A DNA stretch of 64,000 nucleotides from Eledone cirrhosa (Eukaryota), in the NCBI GenBank assembly GCA_964016885.1, contig OZ024740.1, positions 195,362,001 through 195,426,000 of the forward strand. Reading direction: 5' to 3'. Each line of letters opens with the position of its first letter. The stretch's first letter is position 1. The notes under the pieces were generated by a model that saw only the letters and a list, made by a program, of their open reading frames with translations, did not search any database and was not told the origin of the DNA. The position numbers were made by a program, and so were the translations under genes. Below are positions 59,177 through 64,000 of the stretch, in pieces.

Positions 59177-62100
59177 TACCTATTACATCAACATAATATC
59201 ACACTGTATGTAGTACCTACCTATTACATCAACATAATATCACACTGTATGTAGTGGCTACCTATTACATCAACATAATATCACACTGTATGTAGTACCT
59301 ACCTATTACATCAACATAATATCACACTGTATGTAGTGGCTACCTATTACATCAACATAATATCACACTGTATGTAGTACCTACCTATTACATCAACATA
59401 ATATCACACTGTATGTAGTGGCTACCTATTACAACAACATAATCTCACACTGTATGTAGTGGCTACCTATTACATCAACATAATATCACACTGTATGTAG
59501 TGGCTACCTATTACAACATAATATCACACTGTATGTAGTGGCTACCTATTACATCAACATAATATCACACTGTATGTAGTGGCTACCTATTACATCAACA
59601 TAATATCACACTGTATGTAGTACCTACCTATTACATCAACATAATATCACACTGTATGTAGTGGCTACCTATTACATCAACATAATATCACACTGTATGT
59701 AGAGGCTACCTATTACATCAACATAATATCACACTGTATGTAGTGGCTACCTATTACAACAACATAATCTCACACTGTATGTAGTGGCTACCTATTACAT
59801 CAACATAATATCACACTGTATGTAGTGGCTACCTATTACATCAACATAATATCACACTGTATGTAGTGGCTACCTATTACAACAACATAATCTCACACTG
59901 TATGTAGTGGCTACCTATTACATCAACATAATATCACACTGTATGTAGTGGCTACCTATTACAACAACATAATATCACACTGTATGTAGTGGCTACCTAT
60001 TACAACACAATATCACACTGTATGTAGTACCTACCTATTACATCAACATAATATCACACTGTATGTAGTGGCTACCTATTACAACAACATAATCTCACAC
60101 TGTATGTAGAGGCTACCTATTACATCAACATAATATCACACTGTGTGTAGAGGCTACCTATTACATCAACATAATATCACACTGTATGTAGTGGCTACCT
60201 ATTACATCAACATAATATCACACTGTATGTAGTGGCTACCTATTACAACAACATAATATCACACTGTATGTAGTGGCTACCTATTACATCAACATAATAT
60301 CACACTGTATGTAGTACCTACCTATTACATCAACATAATATCACACTGTATGTAGTATCTACCTATTACATCAACATAATATCACACTGTATGTAGTGGC
60401 TACCTATTACATCAACATAATATCACACTGTATGTAGTGGCTACCTATTACATCAACATAATATCACACTGTATGTAGTGGCTACCTATTACATCAACAT
60501 AATATCACACTGTATGTAGTGGCTACCTATTACATCAACATAATATCACACTGTATGTAGTGGCTACCTATTACATCAACATAATATCACACTGTATGTA
60601 GTGGCTACCTATTACATCAACATAATATCACACTGTATGTAGTACCTACCTATTACATCAACATAATATCACACTGTATGTAGTGGCTACCTATTACATC
60701 AACATAATATCACACTGTATGTAGTACCTACCTATTACATCAACATAATATCACACTGTATGTAGTACCTACCTATTACATCAACATAATATCACACTGT
60801 GTGTAGTGGCTACCTATTACATCAACATAATATCACACTGTGTGTAGTGGCTACCTATTACATCAACATAATATCACACTGTATGTAGTGGCTACCTATT
60901 ACATCAACATAATATCACACTGTATGTAGTACCTACCTATTACAACATAATATCACACTGTATGTAGTACCTACCTATTACATCAACATAATATCACACT
61001 GTATGTAGTACCTACCTATTACATCAACATAATATCACACTGTATGTAGTACCTACCTATTACAACAACATAATATCACACTGTATGTAGTGGCTACCTA
61101 TTACATCAACATAATATCACACTGTATGTAGTGGCTACCTATTACATCAACATAATATCACACTGTATGTAGTGGCTACCTATTACATCAACATAATATC
61201 ACACTGTATGTAGTGGCTACCTATTACATCAACATAATATCACACTGTATGTAGTGGCTACCTATTACATCAACATAATATCACACTGTATGTAGTGGCT
61301 ACCTATTACATCAACATAATATCACACTGTATGTAGTGGCTACCTATTACATCAACATAATATCACACTGTATGTAGTGGCTACCTATTACATCAACATA
61401 ATATCACACTGTATGTAGTACCTACCTATTACATCAACATAATATCACACTGTATGTAGTGGCTACCTATTACATCAACATAATATCACACTGTATGTAG
61501 TGGCTACCTATTACATCAACATAATATCACACTGTATGTAGTGGCTACCTATTACATCAACATAATATCACACTGTATGTAGTGGCTACCTATTACATCA
61601 ACATAATATCACACTGTATGTAGTGGCTACCTATTACATCAACATAATATCACACTGTATGCAGTGGCTACCTATTACATCAACATAATATCACACTGTA
61701 TGTAGTACCTACTTATTACAACATAATATCACACTGTATGTAGTGGCTACCTATTACATCAACATAATATCACACTGTATGTAGTACCTACCTATTACAA
61801 CAACATAATATCACACTGTATGTAGTGGCTACCTATTACATCAACATAATATCACACTGTATGTAGTGGCTACCTATTACATCAACATAATATCACACTG
61901 TATGTAGTACCTACCTATTACATCAACATAATATCACACTGTATGTAGTACCTACCTATTACATCAACATAATATCACACTGTATGTAGAGGCTACCTAT
62001 TACATCAACATAATATCACACTGTATGTAGTGGCTACCTATTACATCAACATAATATCACACTGTATGTAGTGGCTACCTATTACATCAACATAATATCA

Positions 62101-64000
62101 CACTGTATGTAGTGGCTACCTATTACATCAACATAATATCACACTGTATGTAGTGGCTACCTATTACATCAACATAATATCACACTGTATGTAGTGGCTA
62201 CCTATTACATCAACATAATATCACAATGTATGTAGAGGCTACCTATTACATCAACATAATATCACACTGTATGTAGTGGCTACCTATTACATCAACATAA
62301 TATCACACTGTATGTAGAGGCTACCTATTACATCAACATAATATCACACTGTATGTAGTACCTACCTATTACATCAACATAATATCACACTGTATGTAGT
62401 GGCTACCTATTACATCAACATAATATCACAATGTATGTAGAGGCTACCTATTACATCAACATAATATCACACTGTATGTAGTGGCTACCTATTACAACAA
62501 CACAATATCACACTGCATGTAGTACCTACCTATTACAACATAATATCACACTGTATGCAGTGGCTACCTATTACATCAACATAATATCACACTGTATGTA
62601 GTGGCTACCTATTACATCAACATAATATCACACTGTATGTAGAGGCTACCTATTACATCAACATAATATCACACTGTATGTAGTACCTACCTATTACATC
62701 AACATAATATCACACTGTATGTAGTGGCTACCTATTACATCAACATAATATCACACTGTATGTAGTGGCTACCTATTACATCAACATAATATCACACTGT
62801 ATGTAGTGGCTACCTATTACATCAACATAATATCACACTGTATGTAGTGGCTACCTATTACATCAACATAATATCACACTGTATGTAGTGGCTACCTATT
62901 ACAACAACACAATATCACACTGTATGTAGTACCTACCTATTACAACATAATATCACACTGTATGTAGTGGCTACCTATTACATCAACATAATATCACACT
63001 GTATGTAGTGGCTACCTATTACATCAACATAATATCACACTGTATGTAGTGGCTACCTATTACATCAACATAATATCACACTGTATGTAGTGGCTACCTA
63101 TTACATCAACATAATATCACACTGTATGTAGTGGCTACCTATTACATCAACATAATATCACACTGTATGTAGTGGCTACCTATTACATCAACATAATATG
63201 ACACTGTATGTAGTGGCTACCTATTACAACAACATAATATCACACTGTATGTAGTGGCTACCTATTACATCAACATAATATCACACTGTATGTAGTACCT
63301 ACCTATTACATCAACATAATATCACACTGTATGTAGTGGCTACCTATTACATCAACATAATATCACACTGTATGTAGAGGCTACCTATTACATCAACATA
63401 ATATCACACTGTATGTAGTGGCTACCTATTACATCAACATAATATCACACTGTATGTAGTGGCTACCTATTACATCAACATAATATCACACTGTATGTAG
63501 TGGCTACCTATTACATCAACATAATATCACACTGTATGTAGTGGCTACCTATTACAACAACACAATATCACACTGTATGTAGTACCTACCTATTACAACA
63601 TAATATCACACTGTATGTAGTGGCTACCTATTACATCAACATAATATCACACTGTATGTAGTGGCTACCTATTACATCAACATAATATCACACTGTATGT
63701 AGTGGCTACCTATTACATCAACATAATATCACACTGTATGTAGTGGCTACCTATTACATCAACATAATATCACACTGTATGTAGTGGCTACCTATTACAT
63801 CAACATAATATCACACTGTATGTAGTGGCTACCTATTACATCAACATAATATGACACTGTATGTAGTGGCTACCTATTACAACAACATAATATCACACTG
63901 TATGTAGTGGCTACCTATTACATCAACATAATATCACACTGTATGTAGTACCTACCTATTACATCAACATAATATCACACTGTATGTAGTGGCTACCTAT
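59177..64000 (+). repeat. 41-bp satellite, right block (~118 units, runs off the window)
   Basis: Head-to-tail units with a few recurrent variants (TGG/TAC/AGG triplet, TCA/ACA, 38-bp deletion unit). Confidence 0.98.

Noticed and set aside
54651-64000. 41-bp array as a CRISPR array with an RT-associated gene
   Set aside because: Units are head-to-tail with no unique spacers, there are no cas genes, the context is eukaryotic, and the embedded ORF is a standard APE-RT-CCHC LINE ORF2.
59177-64000. Telomeric repeat
   Set aside because: No TTAGGG-type short unit; a subtelomeric or centromeric location cannot be judged from this window.

Overview
AT-rich, repeat-dominated eukaryotic DNA. The SINE/RTE/microsatellite make-up resembles octopod cephalopod genomes; this is an inference. 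No prokaryotic genes and no CRISPR array. Contents: (i) several RTE-clade LINEs of two sub-families, with an APE endonuclease, RT and a C4HC3 PHD-type finger where that region is retained; (ii) tRNA-headed SINEs; (iii) piggyBac, mariner and pogo/Tc1-type relics and MITEs; (iv) Penelope-like relics, including tandem minimal hammerhead ribozyme motifs; (v) HDV-like ribozyme-shaped repeat heads; (vi) two or three candidate host exons on the minus strand near 9.3-10.4 kb; (vii) a 41-bp satellite from 54,651 to the window end, interrupted by a young Tx1-clade (L1-like) retrotransposon with an uninterrupted ORF2 and a 14-bp target-site duplication. Most short ORFs in the track are microsatellite read-through or antisense shadows. 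All coordinates and base-pairings were read by eye; no database search or folding program was run.
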